Source of the DNA: a virus
Lineage: Duplodnaviria; Caudoviricetes
Virus record (IMG/VR): IMGVR_UViG_3300032373_001208
Coordinates: 1 to 43,586 of that record
DNA length: 43,586 nt
Reading direction: 5' to 3' (one strand)
Below are positions 28,642 to 37,717 of the stretch, one piece after another. Under the pieces are notes generated by a model. It was not told the DNA's origin. It saw only the letters and a program-made list of their open reading frames with translations, and ran no database searches. Made by a program: the position numbers and the translations under genes. The first letter of the stretch is position 1. Each line of letters opens with the position of its first letter.

Positions 28642-29748
28642 TTATTTATTTTTGTTATCGTAGTATGGGTTGCCATCTTCTTGGTCAGCGCCTTGAGCTT
28701 CATTGTTGAATTGCGGAGTTGCTTTTACTGCTGCTGCAAGCGGCTTTGCAATTGCCTCAAGTTGCGCAAGATGAATGCCCTCAAATGAGGCTTTGGCAGC
28801 TGCCACAGCTTCATCATCATCACCCACTTGTTTGAGTGCGCGTTGGCTGGCAACAATGCTGTCTACCACGCCTTCACGATGCGTATCAGCTGCAGCAAGT
28901 GCTGCTTTGATTTCATCATGCGAACGCTCACCCACTAAGGTGTTGAGTGTTTCTAGTGATTTATTTGCAGTAGCAAGAGCATTCTCATTCTCTTGGTTCT
29001 GCTCAACCAAGCCCGGCACATCCACTCCGGTCTCGGTTTTGATTTGGGCGTACATATCTTTTAACTTCATAACATCTCCTTTGCCCTGATCTCGATGATC
29101 GGAGTCATCGGAAACTTGTTTTTTTGGTGCATTTAAAAGACGTTTGAAAGCTTCGGGTGCATGTCGGAAGCTGTTTACAATTTTGTTTGATAAAGTGGTT
29201 GACTCATCTGCCTCGAGATTTGCATCAATCGTGGTGATAAAACCCTCATCCAAAGCTTCTTTGGCAGTGAACCATGTCTCATCATCCATGAGCTGCTCAA
29301 CTTTTGCGGTATCAATACCTGTGCGCTCGGCATAGGTAGTGACGATGGTGTCTTTAAATTTATCCATCACATCAGCCGCTTTGCGAAGCTCTTCGGCATC
29401 ACCATCGACATAACCCCAAGGGTTGTGAATCATCAGTAAAGCATTGGATGCCATGGTGATGGTGTCGCCTGCCATGGTAATCACGGATGCGATGGAGGCT
29501 GCAATAGAATCAATTTCGATATCAATCGCGGCTGGGTGTTTGCGCAGGGCGTTAAAAATCGCCACGCCTTCTGATACGATACCACCAAGTGAATGAATAC
29601 GAACGGTGATGCGTGGAGCATCCACGCGCTGAAGCGCTGCAATCATATCTGCTGCAGACACACCCCAATAACCAATCTCATCATAAATATACAACACAGG
29701 GGTTTCGCCTGCCTTGTTGCTGATCTCGTACCAGTTGCGCTTACCCAT
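28642..29748 (-). CDS. ClpP-type head maturation protease with C-terminal scaffold region
   Basis: IYDEIG, IHSLGG, AASIASVI, MIHNPW and ETWFTAKEA motifs; Ala-rich coiled-coil tail. Confidence 0.93.
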   Translation of the reverse strand: MGKRNWYEISNKAGETPVLYIYDEIGYWGVSAADMIAALQRVDAPRITVRIHSLGGIVSEGVAIFNALRKHPAAIDIEIDSIAASIASVITMAGDTITMASNALLMIHNPWGYVDGDAEELRKAADVMDKFKDTIVTTYAERTGIDTAKVEQLMDDETWFTAKEALDEGFITTIDANLEADESTTLSNKIVNSFRHAPEAFKRLLNAPKKQVSDDSDHRDQGKGDVMKLKDMYAQIKTETGVDVPGLVEQNQENENALATANKSLETLNTLVGERSHDEIKAALAAADTHREGVVDSIVASQRALKQVGDDDEAVAAAKASFEGIHLAQLEAIAKPLAAAVKATPQFNNEAQGADQEDGNPYYDNKNK

Positions 29749-29751
29749 GAC

Positions 29752-30069
29752 TTACTTCTTCAAACCAACAAGCTCAGCGCGCAGGCGCTTAATCACTTGG
29801 GCATTGGTCACATCTGTTGGGCCTTCTTCGGCTTTTTCTAAATCGGCTTCAACATCTTTGATGCTGCGCTTGGGCGCTGGTGTTTCTTTTTGTTCGGGGT
29901 TTAACAAGGCATTGATAGCTGACACGACACCTTTGCGTGTATTGCCGTTGTTTTCTGTATCGAGCAAAGCTTCAAGCTCTTCGGGTGTTTTACCCTCTAA
30001 AGCCGCGGTGACTTCGCCCACATTACCATCAAGAATTTTTAGCAGCTCTTCCTTTTGTTCTGGTGTCAT
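29752..30069 (-). CDS. hypothetical head-region protein
   Basis: 105 aa acidic helical protein with an E..GNTRKGVVSAI motif; GAGGAGG RBS. Confidence 0.6.
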   Translation of the reverse strand: MTPEQKEELLKILDGNVGEVTAALEGKTPEELEALLDTENNGNTRKGVVSAINALLNPEQKETPAPKRSIKDVEADLEKAEEGPTDVTNAQVIKRLRAELVGLKK

Positions 30070-30080
30070 ATCAGACCTCC

Positions 30081-32300
30081 TCAGATATGTGGTGTAACAT
30101 CACATCGGCATGATGGATGCGTGTTGACCACGGGTTTTGGTGTTTCGTTTAAAGGGCGCGGGTTGCCAATAGCTTGGCTTTGGCAGGTTGGGCAGCCATC
30201 TGGCGCTGGGATAAAGTCAAACAGGTCATCAATGGCACTATCGGCAATCTCTGCCTGCCATTCGCCGCGCTTGGCTTCATCCCATGCAAGGGCTGTTTCT
30301 GTGCGTGCAATTTGTTCCCATTTCCAACGTGCGCCGTCTAATTCTCTTCTGAGGTTGCCAGCAATGGTCAATGGGTTTTCACCAGCATCCACACCCGCTT
30401 TTAAAATGCTGTGTATGGCTGGGGTTAAAGTGTTGTTGGTGAATGTGTCAAAGGCGACTGTGCTTGTGGTAAGCAGCTGATTCACTGCCGCAAGGTTGGA
30501 AAGCTCACCTGTTGGACCATCCAAGCTTGAGCGCTCAAAAGCATCCAACACACCCAAAGACCACGCGCGCAAATAAGCTTGGGCAAGAGCGCCTTGGGTA
30601 AGTGTTTCATTTTCATGGAGTGCGGTGATAAAGGCTGTCATTTCATCTGCAATCAACGCTTTGTCTGATTGCGTAAAAGTGAAACCATCGGATTGCAAAC
30701 CATTACTGGCTTGCGCATCAAGACCAAGCTTCACAATCATGCGGGTGATGGATGCAGACCAAACATCATCCATGCCCTTGAGTGCATCTTTTTCGATTTT
30801 GTCTAAGGATGCATTATCAATCGGGCGGGTTTCAAGATTTTGAATGGGTGTTTTAAAACGAGCACCGTGGTTGGCATACCGCATGGATTGCGCTGAATTA
30901 AGCGCAGCACTTAAAACCTTGTTGCTGGTTTCCTCATCATCTTTGCCTTCGGATACATCAACAGGTTTCGCCGCATCACCATTTGCAAGCCCTGCATTGG
31001 CTTTCACCGCATCGGCTTGCGCATTCATAAACTTGGCTTGGGCTTCTGCCACCAAGTCAGCAAGGTTTGGTTTTTGGAAGATCACACGCCATGCCTTGCG
31101 CACATGGCTGCCATCTTCAAGCACTGTGGTTTCATTTGACCAGGTGCGGCCACGCGCCCTGAGCATGGCAATAATGATATCCTCAAGCACCTCAGCTTCC
31201 ATATTGGTGCGAGTGTCTGATTCTTGTTTGAGGATTTCCATTTGAAACTTGGCAAGGCGCTCTGCGGTGGAAAAATGCAGACCAAGCAACCATGCAGGCA
31301 AACCAGACTTGGCAACCACTTGCTCAAGCAAATGACGCGCTGGCGCTTCAATCTCTAAAACTTGACCATCGGCACCAATCACATTGATAGAAACATCAGA
31401 ATCTTTATCTACAGCTGTGGCAAATTCAACCGACTTACCATCACGCTTGGCTTGTATGCTTGCACCAAGCTGAGAAGCCAAGTCTTTGCGGCGGCTTTCT
31501 AGCTCTTCGCTTGAAACACGTCCTGCGGCTTTGTAGTTGATATGATAAGACGGGTCGCCAAAACGCTCATGGGTATTGGCAATGCCATTTTGAATCGTGG
31601 CAATGGCTTTGGCCACAAACGGCATCGAACGCAAACGCGAAACACCATAAGGGCTGGCATTTTCAACGGTGTATGCCATATACACCTTATTGCGCATATC
31701 CAGCTCTTTAAAACCTTTGTTGGCATAAAAGCTTGAAAGCACATTGGCAGACTGGCGCGACTCAAGCACAAGCTGCATGCCGCTCTCTGTTTTTGTTGGC
31801 TGAACACGTGTGTTAAAATACCAGGCTAAAGAACCATCATCTTCACGCCCACAGCGCAAGGCTTTGGAATCAGGCACATTCAAACGGACAATATCATGCC
31901 CATCAGCCGCAAAAACATGCTCTGTAATGCTAAAACCCTGCTCATGCACTTCATTACGCATGGCATGAGAAAAGCTGGTTAAACCTTTTTGCACATCATT
32001 GACTTGGATTTCTTTTGCCCATTGCTGAATCTCAGCTACAAGGGCTGTATCTTCGCCCACGATCACAGGTACACCATCAAGGGTGACTAGCCGATCAATC
32101 ATGGCATCAAAGATGGGAATAGCTTCGCGCAGGGCTTCAATAAACTCAGGCTGGAAACTTCTTGCTTCATACGCACCAAACAATGGGGTGAGCAAACCTT
32201 GACCGTTTGGGGTGCGCTGCGAAAGCTCACCAGAGGCACCGCCACGGTTTAAAACGTAGTTGACTGCTCGCGCCAAAAAGCCTTGCTCCTTAGCCGTCAT
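30081..32300 (-). CDS. portal protein fused to a C-terminal MuF-like (minor head) domain
   Basis: follows the terminase; PYGVSRLRS portal-like motif; C-terminal IARTET...CPTC...HPSCRC MuF signature. Confidence 0.8.
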   Translation of the reverse strand: MTAKEQGFLARAVNYVLNRGGASGELSQRTPNGQGLLTPLFGAYEARSFQPEFIEALREAIPIFDAMIDRLVTLDGVPVIVGEDTALVAEIQQWAKEIQVNDVQKGLTSFSHAMRNEVHEQGFSITEHVFAADGHDIVRLNVPDSKALRCGREDDGSLAWYFNTRVQPTKTESGMQLVLESRQSANVLSSFYANKGFKELDMRNKVYMAYTVENASPYGVSRLRSMPFVAKAIATIQNGIANTHERFGDPSYHINYKAAGRVSSEELESRRKDLASQLGASIQAKRDGKSVEFATAVDKDSDVSINVIGADGQVLEIEAPARHLLEQVVAKSGLPAWLLGLHFSTAERLAKFQMEILKQESDTRTNMEAEVLEDIIIAMLRARGRTWSNETTVLEDGSHVRKAWRVIFQKPNLADLVAEAQAKFMNAQADAVKANAGLANGDAAKPVDVSEGKDDEETSNKVLSAALNSAQSMRYANHGARFKTPIQNLETRPIDNASLDKIEKDALKGMDDVWSASITRMIVKLGLDAQASNGLQSDGFTFTQSDKALIADEMTAFITALHENETLTQGALAQAYLRAWSLGVLDAFERSSLDGPTGELSNLAAVNQLLTTSTVAFDTFTNNTLTPAIHSILKAGVDAGENPLTIAGNLRRELDGARWKWEQIARTETALAWDEAKRGEWQAEIADSAIDDLFDFIPAPDGCPTCQSQAIGNPRPLNETPKPVVNTHPSCRCDVTPHI

Positions 32301-32377
32301 TATTGGGCTTCCCTGTCAACGGGTAATTGGTTGTGAGTTTCCCATGCATACGCCGATTGATAACGGGCGCGCGCGAA

Positions 32378-32390
32378 CGTGATAAGGGGT
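32378..32390 (-). promoter_or_regulatory. late-promoter motif upstream of the portal gene
   Basis: CGTGATAAGGGGT (plus strand), identical to 34370..34382. Confidence 0.6.
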
Positions 32391-32425
32391 AAACAGTGGC
32401 GAGGTAGTAACGCGTGTGATAATAA

Positions 32426-34342
32426 CTAGCGCTGATGCGCTCCACAGGAAAAGGCATCATGGCCGCCCACACCATCAGCCAATACCTTATTCATAATCAA
32501 AGCACGGTCTGCGTCCACAAGATGGTCGTTTTTGTTTTTAAACGAGCGCCAACGTGGGCCTTGGGTGTAGACTTGGCTTGTATAGGTTTGCACGATTTCT
32601 GGGGCGAGTGGATACTGCGCTTTTTTCTTTTGCATGGCTAAAGACAACAAATCAGAGCCCAGCTCTTTACCATTCACGCGCATGGGTTTCTCAGATTGCC
32701 TATCAATGACAACCTCGCCATCTAAATCAACAGAGTCATAACCGCCACCAAACTGAATGCCCAAAAGGCGTTCTTCATAGTTGCGGTGTTGGTAGCGCTC
32801 TTCTGAGCACAGCTGCCCAATCACAGCCACACCAGCACTGCCCTGATCCACGCCAATGTTTGGGGTGATTGCATCAGGGTCAAACAAGCTGTCTATGGCG
32901 CGAATAAACTCGGTTTGGATATGGTAATCCACGCCTTTCATGTGTAGGCGCGAATGGCGGCGCAGGGTGCCCAGCCTGTCTTCGGCAACAAGTATCTCTG
33001 TGGGGTCCATGGAAAAACCAAGGTCGCACCCTATCCAATGGCTGCCACCACGAATATGACCAAAAGCTTCAAGCACAATGCTATCGGCAACATCGTGCCA
33101 TTCATCCACATTGTTCCAATCACGAATAGACTCTACCCGCTCAAATTCAATCACCTCGCGCCCTTCGCCTACACCAATGGCTTCATAACTGAGCAACTCA
33201 ATGCTAAAGGTGGACTCCGATTTGTTGGCAATCATTTTGAGACAACGGAATTCTTGAATGTCTGCGAGCACAGGCTTGAGTGTGGCAAAGGGGAACACAG
33301 CATTGCTGCGGTCACCATCGCGCCCAAGCACGTTTTGCTGGTAACCCGACGAATCCTCGCCGCCAAAGTCTTTGATGTATTGCCTGCGGCGCGCAGCTGA
33401 CCAAAACGGGGCTGGCATCAATGTCTTGGGCCAGTTGAATAACACCCGGGGAAACTCGCCCTTGGTTAGCCTGCCTTGTTTGAGTTGTTTTTGTAGCTCG
33501 GGATAAGGAAGCGCCTCATTGCCACGGCGATGAAACTCACAATCCCTATCACCATCAGATACAGAATACTCACGCCACTGCGCTGTGGGTTTTAGCCCCC
33601 GCTTAAATTCAGAATAATGCTTTTTGTTTTTGAGCAAGGTGGCTTCATCCAATAGACCCCAACCATTCACATGCACACCCCTGAATGATGCACCTGCAAT
33701 ACCTGCTGGGCGAAAATCAATGATGCCGCGCCCATCGCCGTGGGTGAATGTCATTTTATGGTAGGGTGCTTTTTTGTGCCAGCCCTTGTTGCACATCGCC
33801 TGCAGCTGTGGGCTAAGCTCGATTTGTTCTTCAATGGCATCGATGATGTCAGTGAGGTGACCTTGCAAGGGTGCGCCCACCAGCGATTGCACGCGCCGCA
33901 TAGGATTGCCATGCACATCCAGCAGCTCAAGATTGTGCAGCGTGGCACAGCTCCACATCAATAAGGTGATGATTTCGCGTGTTTTGCCCACCTCGGCACC
34001 ATCTTTGTGAATCACATCGCCCATGCGATAATTGACGCTGGCAAGCTGATAATCCCAAAACTCATAGGGCATCATGGTGTCTGGCTCAATGAGATTCATG
34101 TTTGCCCAAAGGTGTGGGCGCGCATTGGTGAGCATCCAGGCATATTGCTCGATATTGATTTGGCTGCCATCGGTGGCGTGGTAATCACCGCGCATTAAGC
34201 CTTCAAAATTCAAACCATCAGGTGCGCTCACCTGCTCACCAAAGGCATTAATGAATGAGGTTTGCCGCGCAAGCGTTTGCTCAATGCTTTTTTGCATCAA
34301 GGCTGTGTAATTCAATATTTGACTAGGCTGACGGGCTATCAT
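32426..34342 (-). CDS. terL: terminase large subunit
   Basis: Walker A variant GAEVGKT, Walker B LLDEA, nuclease motifs GCDLGF and NDHLVDA; precedes the portal. Confidence 0.85.
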   Translation of the reverse strand: MIARQPSQILNYTALMQKSIEQTLARQTSFINAFGEQVSAPDGLNFEGLMRGDYHATDGSQINIEQYAWMLTNARPHLWANMNLIEPDTMMPYEFWDYQLASVNYRMGDVIHKDGAEVGKTREIITLLMWSCATLHNLELLDVHGNPMRRVQSLVGAPLQGHLTDIIDAIEEQIELSPQLQAMCNKGWHKKAPYHKMTFTHGDGRGIIDFRPAGIAGASFRGVHVNGWGLLDEATLLKNKKHYSEFKRGLKPTAQWREYSVSDGDRDCEFHRRGNEALPYPELQKQLKQGRLTKGEFPRVLFNWPKTLMPAPFWSAARRRQYIKDFGGEDSSGYQQNVLGRDGDRSNAVFPFATLKPVLADIQEFRCLKMIANKSESTFSIELLSYEAIGVGEGREVIEFERVESIRDWNNVDEWHDVADSIVLEAFGHIRGGSHWIGCDLGFSMDPTEILVAEDRLGTLRRHSRLHMKGVDYHIQTEFIRAIDSLFDPDAITPNIGVDQGSAGVAVIGQLCSEERYQHRNYEERLLGIQFGGGYDSVDLDGEVVIDRQSEKPMRVNGKELGSDLLSLAMQKKKAQYPLAPEIVQTYTSQVYTQGPRWRSFKNKNDHLVDADRALIMNKVLADGVGGHDAFSCGAHQR

Positions 34343-34369
34343 GTGCGGTTCTTAGCTTTACGTCGCGCC

Positions 34370-34382
34370 CGTGATAAGGGGT
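34370..34382 (-). promoter_or_regulatory. late-promoter motif upstream of terL
   Basis: CGTGATAAGGGGT (plus strand), identical to 32378..32390. Confidence 0.6.
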
Positions 34383-34442
34383 GAAATGTTGCAGCATGAA
34401 AATAAAGCTTGTGCTCGTGTGTATCGTGTGTATAATATTCCT

Positions 34443-34628
34443 ATGAACAGTAAAGAAGTGATGAAGAAAATGAAAAAAGCAGGTTGGACAGTTTCCCGCA
34501 TCAAAGGAAGCCACCACCAAATGACTCACCCTGACTTTGCTCATACTGTTACTGTTCCGCACCCAAAAAAAGAACTCGGCAAAGGTTTGGTTAAAGCAAT
34601 TTTCAAACAAGCTGGGTTAAAGGAGTAA
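34443..34628 (+). CDS. hicA: HicA toxin (mRNA interferase)
   Basis: GW...RIKGSHHQMTHP...VTVPHPKKEL..G...AIFKQAGL; TATAAT 6 nt before the ATG (probably leaderless). Confidence 0.95.
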   Translation: MNSKEVMKKMKKAGWTVSRIKGSHHQMTHPDFAHTVTVPHPKKELGKGLVKAIFKQAGLKE

Positions 34629-34631
34629 GTC

Positions 34632-35045
34632 ATGCGATTTCCAATTGTCATTGAACCAGGTGATGCAACGACAGCTTATGGCGTGATTGTGCCAGACCTT
34701 GCTGGCTGCTTTTCTGCTGGTGATACCATGGATGAAGCCATGGATAATGCATCTGAAGCGATTGCTCTATATCTCGAAGAGAGCCTTCTTGAGGGCGAGG
34801 CTTTGCCTCAGGTGGGAAGCCTTGAAAACCACCGTAGCAACCCTGATTATGAAGGATGGATTTGGGCAATGGTGGATGTTGACCTAAGCAAACTTGAAAG
34901 CGAAGTGAAACGTGTAAACATTTCAGTGCCCGCTCGTGTGCTTGGTTTGGTGGATATTGCAGCGCATCAAGCTGGAAGAAACCGCAGCCAATTCCTTTAC
35001 GAATCTGCTGTACTTCGTATTGAGCGTGAGCTTCCTTGCCCTTGA
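34632..35045 (+). CDS. hicB: HicB antitoxin
   Basis: YGVIVPDLAGCFSAGDTMDEA and the RVNISVP...RSQFL ribbon-helix-helix. Confidence 0.95.
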   Translation: MRFPIVIEPGDATTAYGVIVPDLAGCFSAGDTMDEAMDNASEAIALYLEESLLEGEALPQVGSLENHRSNPDYEGWIWAMVDVDLSKLESEVKRVNISVPARVLGLVDIAAHQAGRNRSQFLYESAVLRIERELPCP

Positions 35046-35051
35046 TAGTAT

Positions 35052-35762
35052 TTAGGTCTTAGACAGGGCAATCTGTACCTGTGAAATCGCCTCATGCTTA
35101 ATAAAAGCATGAAATTGACGGGCGCGAGGTTTAGCGCAGCGATTGGATAGCTCTAACACACCATCGAGAGAAAGTGTGTTGGTCATCCTTGGTGAACCAA
35201 ACACATCGGGCAGACGCTCAAGCCGCTTGAAGTGGCTATCCAGCTTAAACAGCGGCCCATTAGGGCGGCGATAGCCGAGTGCGTGGCAGCAGTCTACGCC
35301 AATAAACCTATATCCATCTTCACGCTTATAAACTCGGATTTCAACGCCTTCAAATGAAATCACAGCATCAGCAAGCATCACCCGAGTGCGGTCAATAATC
35401 GAAGGTTCAATGCTTTGCGCTGGTCTAGCATGATATGACCCTGTTTGCCGAATCGCTGGCAACACTTTGGATGTTACCCACTTGCGAAAAGCTTGCGCTT
35501 CTTCTTTGCGCGATTTGAAAATCAGGTGATACATACCTGATTCTGAGATGACGTTAAACTCTCTCTCTTCACCCATAGCACCCTTCATACTGTGAAGGGT
35601 GCTTTCGTCATCATCTAGGATAGAAAGCGCCCTTGTCGGGTTGACTATGCCAAGTATTTTGCAGAGATCGGCAGCCACAAACCAGATGTTGCCCAGCTCA
35701 TCCACGCTGGTGCGCAATTTGGGCGCTGAGGGTGTGTAATCAAAAACCTGTGGCATGTTCAT
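35052..35762 (-). CDS. Bro-N domain antirepressor-like protein (two Bro-like repeats)
   Basis: WFVAADLCKILG...ISESGMYHLIFKSRKEEAQAFRKWVTSKVLPAIRQTGSY; second repeat FIGVDCCHALGY. Confidence 0.88.
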   Translation of the reverse strand: MNMPQVFDYTPSAPKLRTSVDELGNIWFVAADLCKILGIVNPTRALSILDDDESTLHSMKGAMGEEREFNVISESGMYHLIFKSRKEEAQAFRKWVTSKVLPAIRQTGSYHARPAQSIEPSIIDRTRVMLADAVISFEGVEIRVYKREDGYRFIGVDCCHALGYRRPNGPLFKLDSHFKRLERLPDVFGSPRMTNTLSLDGVLELSNRCAKPRARQFHAFIKHEAISQVQIALSKT

Positions 35763-35959
35763 AGCTCAACCCCATGCTGATTTCTTGCGCGGCGATAGAG
35801 TATGCCCGATAGCATATGGACTGGGGGAACCGACACATTGACATAGAAACGACTGTTGTCTGTAAGGATGTTAAGCACATGCTGCGTTGTGCGTGGGCCA
35901 AGCTCATCGATAAGTTGTTGGATATAGTTGGCGGAAGCCGCCTGTTGTGTGTTTGCCAT
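35759..35959 (-). CDS. small leader protein of the Bro operon (icd/kil position)
   Basis: AAGGAG RBS; ATGA overlap with the Bro gene. Confidence 0.6.
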   Translation of the reverse strand: MANTQQAASANYIQQLIDELGPRTTQHVLNILTDNSRFYVNVSVPPVHMLSGILYRRARNQHGVEL

Positions 35960-36004
35960 GATAGGCTCCTTTGTTTTTTTGAATAGACACTTTTTGAATA
36001 AGTA

Positions 36005-36077
36005 TCGGGCGCTTCAAAACAGCCAAAGAACTGCTACCGGTATTCCCCTAAGGTCTTTTATTCCCAGTAACACCCGA
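36005..36077 (-). ncRNA. C4/CI/isrK-like antisense immunity RNA
   Basis: closing stem UCGGGUGU/GCGCCCGA with internal hairpins; segment CUUUGG-CUG-UUUUGAA is complementary to targets at 36133..36148 and 35969..35983. Confidence 0.7.
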
Positions 36078-36160
36078 ATTCAAATCTGAATTCTAGGCAC
36101 AAAAAATCCAAGGTTTGCGACCTTGGTTGTCGCTTTGAGTGTTTTGAAGCACTTAAAGCA

Positions 36161-36190
36161 ACTTTAGTCATTCACTTGCGCACTTGTCAA
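36161..36190 (-). promoter_or_regulatory. sigma70 promoter of the antisense-RNA/Bro operon
   Basis: TTGACA-18bp-TAAAGT on the minus strand. Confidence 0.65.
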
Positions 36191-36237
36191 ATCTCTTCTA
36201 CTATATCTCTGCGAAGTGAGGGGGGGGGCATCCAGCT

Positions 36238-36939
36238 ATGAAGACCTTATATGCTGCACTTTTAACACTAGTCATGTGGCTGTTTTCGCTGATGGCCTTC
36301 ATCATGTTGATGATGTCCATTTTTGGCAGTAAAAGTTCGCTTTTCCCTGCTGTAGTCATCTTATCCATTCCTGCTTTGGGCGCGTGGTATTTGCGCAAAA
36401 GAGCGGTGGAGAATCAGCACCACATTGGCGCAATGTTTCCGAAAAGAATATTGGAAAACAACAACCCTGAGGAAGATATCCGCTGTCCGCACTGCCAAGC
36501 TGCATTCGATGAAATGCCCAAACGCAAGCGGCGGTGCCCACACTGCAAAGAGTGGATTTGGCCTATGCGCCCACCTGGCATGCAACACAAACGCCTGACC
36601 ACAGTTGAGCAGGCTTTGGCGTGGAAGCTGGAACACGAAAGAACCAACCCTCTCGATGTTGGTTTTGGCTATGCGCGTGAGCTGGCAAGGCAGGGCAAGC
36701 CATTTCAGCAAGCCTTGCATGATGCCCACAGAAAGAAACTGCTTGAATACCTTGATAAAGGGATAAAAACAGTGGGTGTTTCCCCTGCGCCTGATAGGTG
36801 CGCAGCTTGTGGACGAACACCTAAAAAACGAATCAAGGTAGCAGATGAATTGCTCAACCAAAGGCTTCCTTGCTTGGATTGCACTTCTGATAGTGTTGCT
36901 GACGGCTGGTGCCGCTGCGACTACTTGCCTTTCGATTAG
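36238..36939 (+). CDS. membrane-anchored Cys-rich (zinc-ribbon) moron protein
   Basis: two N-terminal transmembrane helices, CPHC..CPHC, and C-terminal PAPDRCAAC...CRCDYLP. Confidence 0.7.
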   Translation: MKTLYAALLTLVMWLFSLMAFIMLMMSIFGSKSSLFPAVVILSIPALGAWYLRKRAVENQHHIGAMFPKRILENNNPEEDIRCPHCQAAFDEMPKRKRRCPHCKEWIWPMRPPGMQHKRLTTVEQALAWKLEHERTNPLDVGFGYARELARQGKPFQQALHDAHRKKLLEYLDKGIKTVGVSPAPDRCAACGRTPKKRIKVADELLNQRLPCLDCTSDSVADGWCRCDYLPFD

Positions 36940-37065
36940 CTTCATTTTTGCTCCTGTTTTCGTTTGGCTTGATAGTAGGCTCTGGTTTTGCGAAGCAACT
37001 CGGCTTCGCGTTTTTTCTTTTGTTTGCTCATTTTAATCATCAAAGGGGTTGGCGGCTCTAGCATT

Positions 37066-37326
37066 TCACCACCTCCGCTCTCGAATAATATTGATCATGG
37101 TGACCGCAAATGAGCCACGTCCCCTCCGACGAACCCGCACATAGTTGCCCTTCTCTGTTTTGATGGGTTCGCGGGTGGTGTATTTGGGATTGTGGGCGCG
37201 CCAATAGGTGTTTACCACATTGCCCTGAAAACCCGTGCGCCGCTGCATCTCTTCGGGATTGTAATGCCCTCGCACCACAATCCGCGCAGATGTTTCCAAC
37301 AAAATCTCACCTTCGCGGAAGGTCAT
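37066..37326 (-). CDS. hypothetical protein
   Basis: 86 aa, ATGA-coupled; C-terminal GRGSFAVT motif. Confidence 0.6.
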   Translation of the reverse strand: MTFREGEILLETSARIVVRGHYNPEEMQRRTGFQGNVVNTYWRAHNPKYTTREPIKTEKGNYVRVRRRGRGSFAVTMINIIRERRW

Positions 37327-37541
37327 TTGTTTACTCGGAATTCATAAGGCGTTAATGGCAACCTTCTGATTACACCATCAGCTTCCAGCCTTTCAATCAC
37401 CCTTGAAGCCCTATTGTATCCAACCATCAAGTGCCTCTGCAAAAATGATGTGCCAAAGGAGCCTTGTACCACACGGCCAATAAGCTCTACAGCTCTTTCA
37501 TAGGCTTCGTCATCTGCGCGTTGATGCTCTTCTACACTCAT
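37323..37541 (-). CDS. stand-alone FtsK gamma-domain protein
   Basis: DDEAYERAVELI...TSFLQRHLMVGYNRASRVIERLEADGVI matches the FtsK-gamma winged-helix signature. Confidence 0.88.
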   Translation of the reverse strand: MSVEEHQRADDEAYERAVELIGRVVQGSFGTSFLQRHLMVGYNRASRVIERLEADGVIRRLPLTPYEFRVNK

Positions 37542-37717
37542 AAAAAGTGAACCCCTCTTTTAGAGTCTAAAAAACAACCTTGAAGTAGTTTGTACAGCTT
37601 ACGCCCACCTTCATGCTTGTTTTCAATTGGCTGCGGCATGCTGTTGATAATATCTAACGCATCTTTCCTGCTTATTTTCACCGTAACTGATTCAACTTCT
37701 AGTTGTATCTCACTCAT
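37538..37717 (-). CDS. hypothetical protein (59 aa, not in ORF track)
   Basis: MSEIQLEVESVTVKISRKDALDII...; GAGGAG RBS; ATGA overlaps at both ends. Confidence 0.6.
   Translation of the reverse strand: MSEIQLEVESVTVKISRKDALDIINSMPQPIENKHEGGRKLYKLLQGCFLDSKRGVHFL

Noticed and set aside
36361-36945. 194-aa minus-strand ORF
   Set aside because: Antisense to the moron at 36238..36939, which has an RBS, transmembrane helices and Cys motifs.
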